From Candidatus Parcubacteria bacterium (GTDB lineage Bacteria; Patescibacteriota; Patescibacteriia; Patescibacteriales; BM507), in assembly GCA_002869265.1 (NCBI GenBank), contig PKTH01000040.1:69120-133119 (forward strand): a stretch of 64,000 bases of DNA. The letters run 5' to 3'. The notes beneath the pieces were generated by a model. The model did not search any database and was not told the origin of the DNA. It was given only the letters and a program-made list of their open reading frames with translations. The position numbers and the translations under genes were made by a program. This document shows, in pieces, positions 47,270 to 55,192 of the stretch (its first letter is position 1; each line of letters starts with the position of its first letter).

Positions 47270-49222
47270 TTAATTACAAGCAGTTGTACTCAAAGCTCCA
47301 TCACAACAATAAGGAAAAGCTGTAGGAGTTGATGTTGGAGTTGGCGTACATACCCCAGTATTTGTTCCAGAAACAGGACCTGAGCCAGGGTAAAAACAAT
47401 TTTGATAAATATCTTTAAGTCCTGAATTAAATTCTGGAGTATACTCTGCAGTGTCTCCAAAAGGACTATGACTTATTTCTATTGTTGTTTCCTTATTAAC
47501 TATATCGTCAGTTTTAGACAACCAAAAAGATATTTCTGGAACCGAATATAGAGCTACCGATCCTAGAGATGGTGGTGAGTGCTTAGTCATACTAGAACTC
47601 ATCATCAATCTATCAAAAGTAGCCGCCGGCTTAAAATTAGTTTGGATATTATTTGATCCAATAGCCGGTAGGACGTTTATAATATTTGGGCTAGAAAGCA
47701 AAATTTCATCAGAAGTGCCAAAGTCCCACCGATAAGAATCTCCTTGAGTTAAAGCATCAGAAGCTCCTGGGTTAGCATTGAAAGGTTCCACAAAAGCATC
47801 AGCTGGGTCCTGGTCTTCAGGTCCCTGAGAGGTTCCGTCGTTATTCCCGTCTAGGGAATTACTAGCCATATCAACAATTCCATCAAAAGGGAAAGTCGCT
47901 TCATTCTGCCCAGGAATTACAGTGGCCGCTTTTACAAGCGCCTCTATAGTACTTGTAGCTGGCAAACAATAAACCCCATCTCCACATGAATTTCTTCCGC
48001 AAAGGGTTTCTGTTAAAAATTCTATTGTTCTGTATTTATTTGAAATATAAAAGTTTCCGTTGACGTCGCTCCCATCACTAAGATTATTAATCTCGATGTT
48101 TTCAAAGTCGTCTGGAAAATTTCCAGGAGAAACATAAGAACCACTTCCTGAAAGAGGATTAATCGCTTCATTAAAATTGATTTGGACAATAACATTTCTT
48201 GGTTCTGTTGTAGCCGGATAAGGAATAACATTAGTTATCTTTGGTGGAGTTGTGTCAAAAATTGTGCTTACCAAAAACGACCAGTAATATCCGGCGGGAT
48301 TACTAAAGGCTGGAGTCAGATTTGCTTTTTGCAGGGCGCTAGTTAGGGCAACCGTATACCAAATCTCCTCAGAAGGGCTACCAATATAGTCAGGAGGCCT
48401 TGGCTTAAACATGAATGTTTTATTGTCGGCTGTTGTTGCAAAAACCTCTGTTACCAGAGTTGCAGCTGCCGGTCCATCTGCTTCTTTGTAGAGTAAAACA
48501 TAAGCCTCGTTTACAGAATCATAAACCTCTCCAGTGTCCAATACTCCATTAAGGTTTGAATCTGTGAAATCACCATAAGTACCGTTTCCATTATTATCCT
48601 TGATAAGCTGTCCGACGTTCATTTCCTCCTTAAAGGTGATAATGATTGAAGTGTTTCTTGGCACATCTTGTTGGCCACTCTCAGGATAGTGATATTCAAT
48701 TATCTTATTTCCCGAAACTGGCACTCCTCCACCAAAGGTAGTTCCTCCTCCGCCTGGCCCAGAACTTGTCCCTGAGGTAGAATTAGTGAGGAAATTTAAA
48801 ATAAAAGAAACAATAGCAAAAGAAGCTAGAATTATAATAAGCCCTATGGCTGCGCTGGTTAATATTTTCTTGGCTTTATCAATTTTGTCTGGTGCCCCCG
48901 CACTGGTCATATAAAGAAAACCAGCATAAAGAACCAAGACCAAGGCAATGATACCAAGAAATCCTAAGGCAACTCGAATGACTCGAGCAATAACAATTAT
49001 GGGGTCTGTATCAGAAAGACCAATCCCCGCCGCCTGATCAATACCTGTGTCAACTTGAGCTAGCGCAAAATTAGGTAATAAAAAAATTGCTACCGCCAAT
49101 AAAATACTGAAAACAGCAATTTGAAAAATCCTTCCTTGAATTAATTTGTAAAGCATGGAGGCTTTAATTTTAGTAGTAAATAACACAAAATCAAGGAGAA
49201 AATATCTCTTTGACTTTTCCAC
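47270..49222 (-). CDS. 650-aa surface protein with the same N-terminal pilin-like hairpin and Ig-like (SbsA/Big-type) domains
   Basis: The N-terminal ~110 aa are closely similar to the 1880-aa protein (RVIRVALGFLGIIALVLVLYAGFLYMTSAGAPDKIDKAKKILTSAAIGLIIILASFAIVSFIL). The stop TAA abuts the next ATG (TAAATG). The likely start is the ATG at 49156 (MLYKLIQ..). Confidence 0.7.
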   Translation of the reverse strand: MEKSKRYFLLDFVLFTTKIKASMLYKLIQGRIFQIAVFSILLAVAIFLLPNFALAQVDTGIDQAAGIGLSDTDPIIVIARVIRVALGFLGIIALVLVLYAGFLYMTSAGAPDKIDKAKKILTSAAIGLIIILASFAIVSFILNFLTNSTSGTSSGPGGGGTTFGGGVPVSGNKIIEYHYPESGQQDVPRNTSIIITFKEEMNVGQLIKDNNGNGTYGDFTDSNLNGVLDTGEVYDSVNEAYVLLYKEADGPAAATLVTEVFATTADNKTFMFKPRPPDYIGSPSEEIWYTVALTSALQKANLTPAFSNPAGYYWSFLVSTIFDTTPPKITNVIPYPATTEPRNVIVQINFNEAINPLSGSGSYVSPGNFPDDFENIEINNLSDGSDVNGNFYISNKYRTIEFLTETLCGRNSCGDGVYCLPATSTIEALVKAATVIPGQNEATFPFDGIVDMASNSLDGNNDGTSQGPEDQDPADAFVEPFNANPGASDALTQGDSYRWDFGTSDEILLSSPNIINVLPAIGSNNIQTNFKPAATFDRLMMSSSMTKHSPPSLGSVALYSVPEISFWLSKTDDIVNKETTIEISHSPFGDTAEYTPEFNSGLKDIYQNCFYPGSGPVSGTNTGVCTPTPTSTPTAFPYCCDGALSTTACN

Positions 49223-49259
49223 AATTTTATAATAGTATTATAACATAAATTACTAAAAA

Positions 49260-50756
49260 ATGGCTAGTGTTATGGAGATGACAATAGACAGAATAATACA
49301 TAAGGTAAAGGAAAACAGTCCAGAAGCTGATGTTGATTTATTGCGTCTAGCCTATGACTTCGCCAACGAAGCTCACAAGGGACAAAAAAGAAAAACTGGT
49401 GAGCCATACATCCAACACTCTCTGCACACTTCTTTCCTTCTGGCACAGATAAAAGCAGACCTAGAAACTGTCATCGCTGGCATCCTCCACGATGTACCAG
49501 AAGATACAGAAAGAACGCTAGAAGATGTTGAAAAAGAGTTTGGTAAAGAAGTGGGTTTTCTAGTAGAAGGAATAACCAAGCTTAGTAAAATCAAATACCG
49601 AGGAGTTGATAGATACAACGAATCTCTTCGTAAAATGTTTTTGGCCATGGCCCAAGACCTAAGAGTTATTCTTATCAAATTTGCCGACAGGTTACACAAT
49701 CTTCGTACCCTAGAGGGCTTACCAGATAAAAAACGCGCAAGAATTGCCAGAGAAACATTGGAGATTTATGCTCCTATAGCTGGACTTTTGGGTATTTGGA
49801 GATTTAAATGGCAGTTGGAAGATCTGTGTTTTAAACATCTCTACCCTGAAGAATTCAAAAAACTAGAATACAAATACGAGGTTGAACAAAGAGTAGAAAG
49901 AAACCAATATATCCAAAAAATTAAAAAAGAGCTCGGTAAAAAGCTAAAAGATGAAGGAGTGGAAGAATTTGAAATACTCGGAAGATTCAAACATCTCTAC
50001 AGCATTTACAAGAAAATGCAAATAAAAAACAGACGTTTTGACGAAATATTTGATGTATTTGCTCTAAGAGTTGTTGTACCAAATATATCTGATTGTTATC
50101 GTGTTCTTGGAATAATCCACGAACTATGGAGACCAAAATCATCCCGCTTTAAAGACTATATTGCTGTTCCTAAACCAAATGGTTATAGGAGTTTACATAC
50201 TACTGTTTTCGGCCCCGGAGGGAAAGCCACGGAATTTCAAATCAGAACAACCGAAATGAATGATGAGGCCTTTTACGGAATTGCCGCCCACTGGTACTAC
50301 AAAAAGGGTGGTAGTGCTAAAAGCCCCAAAGAAAACCAACCAAAATGGGTTAAAGAAATACTTAACACCCAAAAAGATGCCCTTGATTCAAACGAATTTA
50401 TCCAAAAAATTAAAATAGATATATTTCAAAAAAGAAAGTTTATATTTTCACCCAAAGGAGATGTTTTTGACCTCCCAGAAGGATCAACCCCAATAGATTT
50501 TGCATACGCAGTTCATACAGAAATTGGCAATCACGCCACCGGAGCTCTTGTAAATAATACTATGTCTAGTCTAGATAGAGAATTAAAAAACGGAGACATG
50601 GTAGAAATCATTATCGACAAAAAAAGAAAAGGACCAAATAAAGCCTGGCTCAAGTTTGTAAAAACAGGTAGAGCTAAAGACAAAATAAACCAAGCCCTAA
50701 AAAATTCTTCTCACTTCGAAAATATCAAAAAGCTTATCCCCTATACAAAAAAATAA
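49260..50756 (+). CDS. rel: Bifunctional (p)ppGpp synthetase/hydrolase, RelA/SpoT homolog (HD + synthetase + TGS, no ACT)
   Basis: HD block HSLHTSFLLA..ILHDVPEDT, synthetase block FKDYIAVPKPNGYRSLHTTV, and TGS block FSPKGDVFDLPEGSTPIDFAYAVHTEIG. Confidence 0.9.
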   Translation: MASVMEMTIDRIIHKVKENSPEADVDLLRLAYDFANEAHKGQKRKTGEPYIQHSLHTSFLLAQIKADLETVIAGILHDVPEDTERTLEDVEKEFGKEVGFLVEGITKLSKIKYRGVDRYNESLRKMFLAMAQDLRVILIKFADRLHNLRTLEGLPDKKRARIARETLEIYAPIAGLLGIWRFKWQLEDLCFKHLYPEEFKKLEYKYEVEQRVERNQYIQKIKKELGKKLKDEGVEEFEILGRFKHLYSIYKKMQIKNRRFDEIFDVFALRVVVPNISDCYRVLGIIHELWRPKSSRFKDYIAVPKPNGYRSLHTTVFGPGGKATEFQIRTTEMNDEAFYGIAAHWYYKKGGSAKSPKENQPKWVKEILNTQKDALDSNEFIQKIKIDIFQKRKFIFSPKGDVFDLPEGSTPIDFAYAVHTEIGNHATGALVNNTMSSLDRELKNGDMVEIIIDKKRKGPNKAWLKFVKTGRAKDKINQALKNSSHFENIKKLIPYTKK

Positions 50757-50772
50757 TTGACCCAAAAAAAAG

Positions 50773-50800
50773 AAAAGGAGCTACTTCAGTAGCTCCTTTT
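50773..50800. terminator. Bidirectional rho-independent terminator
   Basis: AAAAGGAGCTAC-TTCA-GTAGCTCCTTTT hairpin. Confidence 0.75.
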
Positions 50801-50807
50801 TTGCGTC

Positions 50808-51056
50808 TTATGCCGCAACTTTTTCATTTTTCTTGATAATCCGAGGATTGATAATGTTTTGACTTTTTTTAGCACCGGCAAGTGCTGAGTCGGCTTTGCA
50901 ACCAAGGCCAGATTCTCTGAAATCCAGAGAAGATTCTCCATAGGTGGCCAAGCGTTCTTCTCCATCAACCACTACATCATGCACGACAACTTCTTCGTTC
51001 CTTTTCAGAGCCTCTCTCACCTCATTTTCGTCCAAAAATACTGTCCCGTGTTCCAT
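50808..51056 (-). CDS. Hypothetical acidic protein (82 aa)
   Basis: ATG preceded by GAGAGGAG, 18 nt after the upstream gene's stop. No recognisable motif. Confidence 0.45.
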   Translation of the reverse strand: MEHGTVFLDENEVREALKRNEEVVVHDVVVDGEERLATYGESSLDFRESGLGCKADSALAGAKKSQNIINPRIIKKNEKVAA

Positions 51057-51074
51057 GTCGATCTCCTCTCTTGC

Positions 51075-51350
51075 TTAGCTAAGTTGTTGTAGCTTCAAAA
51101 CTGGTCTTCCGTCTGCGCCATCTCTTGCTTCTTTGTACAACTCTTCGAAATTTTCACAGAAATCTTTTGTAGAAACAGAACCCATGGCTGTTTCAATCTC
51201 TCCTCCCAAGCCCTCTTCTCCAGTCTGATAAATCAAAACTATATGGTCCCTGGGTAATTCTTTAAAAACCTCTTGTTGAGAACTAAAAATTTTACCTTTA
51301 CCCAAACTTTCCAATACGGTTTTGGCCAAACATGCGCCCTGACTACTCAT
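51075..51350 (-). CDS. Hypothetical protein (91 aa)
   Basis: ATG preceded by GAGGAGGTGACTT. No recognisable motif. Confidence 0.45.
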   Translation of the reverse strand: MSSQGACLAKTVLESLGKGKIFSSQQEVFKELPRDHIVLIYQTGEEGLGGEIETAMGSVSTKDFCENFEELYKEARDGADGRPVLKLQQLS

Positions 51351-51442
51351 AAGTCACCTCCTCGTTTTTTTAGTTTAAATTGATTAAAAGAACAAAAAAT
51401 CGTCTTTTGAAGACGATTTGTAAATAACTGCTTTATGCGTCT

Positions 51443-51529
51443 TCAAGAAAACAAAGGAATATCACCAATAATAATGATAATAACAAGGTGAATGAAAACT
51501 CTGTTTTCAGAGAGGGTGGCCTGGGCCAT
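51443..51529 (-). CDS. Micro-ORF (28 aa, MAQATLSENRVFIHLVIIIIIGDIPLFS), speculative small hydrophobic peptide
   Basis: Followed on the minus strand by the hairpin AAATCGTCTT-CAAA-AGACGATTT plus a T-run (about 51398..51420). Only a weak AGGA lies upstream. Confidence 0.25.
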   Translation of the reverse strand: MAQATLSENRVFIHLVIIIIIGDIPLFS

Positions 51530-51721
51530 TTGAAATATTCCTTTGTTTCCTTGAATTTTCATATATAAAATAATGATAAATAATTTGGGAAGGAGGGAGA
51601 AGGAAAATCCTTCTCCCTCCTTTTGTTTTTAGGTCGATGAAAACGAAGATTTGTTGGTAAAGAACATTTCTGTTCACAAATCCAATTCTCAAAGAGGGAT
51701 TACCTCGCTTGACCTAAAAAT

Positions 51722-52093
51722 CTAATTCATAGAAGCTGCGCCCATGCGGACCGGGGGTGATTCAGAAATTACTTTATCGCTAGGATCTATTTCATCCCCC
51801 AGACAAACGTTTCTCACTTTTTTACATCCACATTCACAACGGCTCGATCCTTTCGGTCTAACACGACGACATTTTTCACAAAGCGTTCTGCAGGTTTCAT
51901 TGATAAAGGGCTCTTCACCGGTTTCGTAAGCAACAAGAAATGGCGTCAATTGAGGCATCTTGTCTAATTCAGTCTGAAGTTGCAATAAAATTGCTTCACT
52001 TTTTTCGGGATTTCCGGAATTTTTGTTTGCTGCCCGATAAAGACCTTTCAGGTTTTTCAGGGCTTTTCTCTCGCTAACGCTTAATTCGTACAA
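51722..52093 (-). CDS. Hypothetical protein with C-terminal Cys-cluster (zinc-ribbon-like), 123 aa
   Basis: TTG at 52093 preceded by AAAGGAGAGAGCC. The ORF-track start at 52168 would overlap the upstream gene by 50 nt. Cys cluster: CRTLCEKCRRVRPKGSSRCECGCKKVRNVC. Confidence 0.5.
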   Translation of the reverse strand: MYELSVSERKALKNLKGLYRAANKNSGNPEKSEAILLQLQTELDKMPQLTPFLVAYETGEEPFINETCRTLCEKCRRVRPKGSSRCECGCKKVRNVCLGDEIDPSDKVISESPPVRMGAASMN

Positions 52094-52118
52094 GGCTCTC
52101 TCCTTTTGGTTTGAGATA

Positions 52119-52340
52119 TTAACGATAAGCAAAATCGTGAAGTTGTTTTGTGATGCGAGGAATAGCAATTGTTAAGAGGAGCTTTTTTTGACGAGCGATT
52201 CTTTTCTTTCTTGATTCTGAAATCCTGGGATCATTAATCCTCTTCTCATGAGTTATCGTCTCTTCACAAAGCTTGGCAAGCTTTTCTTGCCTGGATACCA
52301 TTTCAATGTTCTTAAGATCATCACTGTAATAAATTTCCAC
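52119..52340 (-). CDS. Hypothetical basic protein (73 aa)
   Basis: GTG start preceded by GAGGAGGTAAAG. The middle is K/R-rich. Confidence 0.4.
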   Translation of the reverse strand: MEIYYSDDLKNIEMVSRQEKLAKLCEETITHEKRINDPRISESRKKRIARQKKLLLTIAIPRITKQLHDFAYR

Positions 52341-52446
52341 CTTTACCTCCTCAGCTTCTATGGGTTATAAATGAACAACTTTTGCTTCAAAAAAACCGCC
52401 CCTATTGGACGGCTTACATATTTTTTTGATTTTATTTATAAATATA

Positions 52447-52533
52447 TTAGTCGTCCAATTGTTTCACAGGAAAAATCACTGGCATAATAATGACAGCGAC
52501 AGCCCATAAAATTGTTAAACTATATATATTCAT
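52447..52533 (-). CDS. Micro-ORF (28 aa, MNIYSLTILWAVAVIIMPVIFPVKQLDD), speculative small hydrophobic peptide
   Basis: Followed on the minus strand by an imperfect hairpin (CCGTCC-AATAG-GGGCGG) plus T7 (about 52392..52418). No SD. Confidence 0.2.
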   Translation of the reverse strand: MNIYSLTILWAVAVIIMPVIFPVKQLDD

Positions 52534-52689
52534 ATGTGGATATCTTAACATATTTTTAATTTTTGTCAATATTGTCTAAAAATTGTTTAATATTTACCTA
52601 AAAATAGTAAAAATATAGATATTTTATTGACAACGAAACTCTCTATTGCTAAGCTTTGCCTATCTTTTAATATAGCCAAGGAGATTAAA

Positions 52690-53010
52690 ATGAATATTAT
52701 TGGAAGATTTTTTAAAGCTCTTTTTAACGAATTTGATATTATTATCTTTACAAAAAGTCAGTTGGAGAAGATGAGAGACGACCTTGTCGACCAATCTGAG
52801 GCCGCAAGAAGAGAGGTTATTTCCCATCGAAATGAAATTCAGAACATTAACTCAAATCAGCCAAATCGATTCAATAAAAAAGAAGACCCAGGAATCATAG
52901 AAATGCCTATTAAATTATCAGGAAAGATTTCCTTGCTAAACCATCTCCTTAGAATATCAACTCCAGTTCGTCGACTAGGCGGGGGTGAGAGCACTTTCTT
53001 TCCAGAATAA
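52690..53010 (+). CDS. Hypothetical protein (106 aa)
   Basis: ATG at 52690 preceded by AAGGAGATTAAA. A TTGACA-17-TAAGCT promoter candidate lies at 52627..52655, and a terminator hairpin AGCTACGG-GAAAA-CCGTAGCT follows after 53017. Confidence 0.5.
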   Translation: MNIIGRFFKALFNEFDIIIFTKSQLEKMRDDLVDQSEAARREVISHRNEIQNINSNQPNRFNKKEDPGIIEMPIKLSGKISLLNHLLRISTPVRRLGGGESTFFPE

Positions 53011-53094
53011 ACAAAAGCTACGGGAAAACCGTAGCTCTTTTATTATTCATGAGAAACAACACTACCTCCTGACTCGGCCAAGGCAAGAAATGCT

Positions 53095-53298
53095 CTAGAC
53101 ACAGCAACCCCCCAAGCCTGGGGCATTTCTACTCGCCCCTCCAGATGTACATATGCGCACAGAACGGACCGGAACTTCACCTTCAGGAACTACCGCTACA
53201 TACCAATCCCCGTTTCTTCCCATAGTTATGACTAACTCATGTCTATGTGGCATATCACGATCGTCCGTTAAATATCTTACCTCTGTTATTTCTGACAT
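53095..53298 (-). CDS. Hypothetical protein (67 aa), ends ..GLGGCCV
   Basis: The internal ATG at 53298 is preceded by AAAAGGAGAAGAAA. The longer ORF-track start lacks an SD. Confidence 0.4.
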   Translation of the reverse strand: MSEITEVRYLTDDRDMPHRHELVITMGRNGDWYVAVVPEGEVPVRSVRICTSGGASRNAPGLGGCCV

Positions 53299-53383
53299 TT
53301 TCTTCTCCTTTTTGGTTAATTTACAACAATTTTTAATGGTCCATTTTTTTGTGACATTAACATAGATATTCCTTACTGGCAAC

Positions 53384-53445
53384 AAAAAAAGAATTACGAA
53401 ATGTTGTGTAATTCTTTTTTATCTAAATTGAGGATCAACTATTCT
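53384..53445. repeat. 62-bp direct repeat, copy A (stop codon + spacer + terminator hairpin)
   Basis: AAAAAAAGAATTACGAAATGTTGTGTAATTCTTTTTTATCTAAATTGAGGATCAACTATTCT. Differs at 2 positions from 55131..55192. Confidence 0.85.
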
Positions 53446-55103
53446 ACTGCTTCATTGGAGGCTGAGGAGGTGCCAATTTTAAAATTTAAATTTATTACTA
53501 AATCATCATTTTCAAAACAACTTTCGTTTTTAGTTTTTAGGCAACCACCATCGTCAACCTTGTTCACCCCTACAGAATAAAGCATTTTTTCTGTAGGTTT
53601 ATAAATATATTCACTGTCTACAAACGTATCTTTTGGAGTCGCTTGAACATATGTAGGATAAAGATTTGTTATATCTTCCGGCAAAGCTCCTTCATTGTCG
53701 TAAAAAGACTTTATCGATAACAACAATTTTGTTAAAAGAACATCTTCCTCAAGTTCACATGTTTTTCTCTCTACATTATTCAATGAAACAACCCCCAAGC
53801 TTCTTAAGAGCTCACCAATCACATTTTCTGTTTTTAGAAGTTTAAAATAATCATAAATATTATCAAGCTTTATAGTCTCCTCTGCTTCTACATCTACTCT
53901 TTCGTAACATTCTTTCTTTGACTCATCAACTATGAGTCTTAGCCTGTTCAGGGAGTGAGATACTGTTAGATTCGGTTTGAAGTAATAAACAGATGAAGGA
54001 TCAGTGTTGTTCGAATCGAATTCTCTGGAAATATCATCAAATGCTCTTTTTTTAGCAACATATTCAAACTTATATCTTGAAAAATCGTCTTTAACAACCG
54101 AATATTTCTCTAATTCCCTAGCAATATATTCCTTATCACTCGGGGTTGTTTCTGCTAAGATAAGAATTCTTTGGATGCCGTTAAGGCCGTTTTTCTTTAT
54201 AGACATTCCAACAAGATAACCAATCAATGAATTCTGAGATTCCATCATTTTATGACCCAAAACAACAGATTTAAAAGCCTCTTTATAAGAATTCTCAACG
54301 TCCCCTTTCGAGGCAAGCCAAATTGCCTTAGAAACAGAGACCCTGCTAATCTTTCTGTAATTGTTTAGTGGATAAATTTCAAAAGTTGAACTTGAGATTT
54401 CTTTAGTAGCCAAAGTCGGGACTTGATAATAATTTTTACTGGCAGCATCCGTGAAATACTGAAGTGCTTCTCTGTTTTTTTCCCAAGTACTACTAGCAAG
54501 CTCATCATCCCAAGAATCAGAATATAAAAAATTACTTGCATATCTTTTTTCTGCTTCTGGTTCATAAACCTCTTCTATTTTCTCTAGATCAAAAAAAGAA
54601 TTATCTTCATTTGGAACAAAAACGTCTACAGGTAAAAAATCCTCATCTTGCAGGATTTCTAGGTCATCGCCCCAAAAGACATTTAAGCTCAATACAAAAA
54701 AACTAAAAAATGAGATTATCATCGCAATGCTCAGAAAAAATTTTAGACTTCCTGTAACAAGCTGCCTTGCAATATTTTTAAACCTACCGACCTCCTCATG
54801 TTCTTCTCTTAATTCTAGCTCCCCTCTCTTTATCTTGGTCCTTAGCCAAATATACCAGGGGAAAAATATTATCCAAAACAAGTATACTGAAAGAAACAAA
54901 AGATAAGGGGAGGAGATTATCCTAGTTTTGTATTTATTTGTTTGTGTTTTTTTGTTATCGATAAATACAAAAATCGCACTAAAAAAAGCTACTAATAAAC
55001 CCACTGGGCTCCCTACGCCCCCTGGTAAAAGCTGCAGAAATAATTCATAGGAAAAGACTGCCAAGACAATTAGTAATATTAATTTTGTACTTTTATTTAA
55101 CAT
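53439..55103 (-). CDS. Membrane-anchored protein of unknown function (554 aa)
   Basis: About 4 N-terminal TM helices, then a ~400-aa soluble region with no motif I recognise. Confidence 0.5.
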   Translation of the reverse strand: MLNKSTKLILLIVLAVFSYELFLQLLPGGVGSPVGLLVAFFSAIFVFIDNKKTQTNKYKTRIISSPYLLFLSVYLFWIIFFPWYIWLRTKIKRGELELREEHEEVGRFKNIARQLVTGSLKFFLSIAMIISFFSFFVLSLNVFWGDDLEILQDEDFLPVDVFVPNEDNSFFDLEKIEEVYEPEAEKRYASNFLYSDSWDDELASSTWEKNREALQYFTDAASKNYYQVPTLATKEISSSTFEIYPLNNYRKISRVSVSKAIWLASKGDVENSYKEAFKSVVLGHKMMESQNSLIGYLVGMSIKKNGLNGIQRILILAETTPSDKEYIARELEKYSVVKDDFSRYKFEYVAKKRAFDDISREFDSNNTDPSSVYYFKPNLTVSHSLNRLRLIVDESKKECYERVDVEAEETIKLDNIYDYFKLLKTENVIGELLRSLGVVSLNNVERKTCELEEDVLLTKLLLSIKSFYDNEGALPEDITNLYPTYVQATPKDTFVDSEYIYKPTEKMLYSVGVNKVDDGGCLKTKNESCFENDDLVINLNFKIGTSSASNEAVE

Positions 55104-55130
55104 ACCTTAACTATACATTAATTCAGCTAT

Positions 55131-55192
55131 AAAAAAAGAATTACGCAATGTTGTGTAATTCTTTTTTATCTAAATTGAGGATCAATTATTCT
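55131..55192. repeat. 62-bp direct repeat, copy B (ndk stop + terminator)
   Basis: AAAAAAAGAATTACGCAATGTTGTGTAATTCTTTTTTATCTAAATTGAGGATCAATTATTCT. Contains the hairpin AGAATTAC..GTAATTCT. Confidence 0.85.

Noticed and set aside
41929-47273. About ten plus-strand or alternate-frame ORFs (60-185 aa) within the 1880-aa gene
   Set aside because: All are antisense or out of frame to a 5.6-kb uninterrupted ORF with recognisable domain blocks. None has an SD or an independent terminator.
50786-50968. 60-aa minus-strand ORF
   Set aside because: It overlaps the 82-aa ORF in another frame and extends into the bidirectional terminator. The 82-aa frame has the SD.
51507-51692. 61-aa minus-strand ORF
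   Set aside because: It runs across the 15-bp GGAGGGAGAAGGA hairpin, has no SD, and has an odd composition. It is more likely non-coding spacer.
52627-52689. TTG start of the 127-aa ORF-track model
   Set aside because: The TTG coincides with the -35 hexamer of the likely promoter. The ATG at 52690 has a strong AAGGAG SD.
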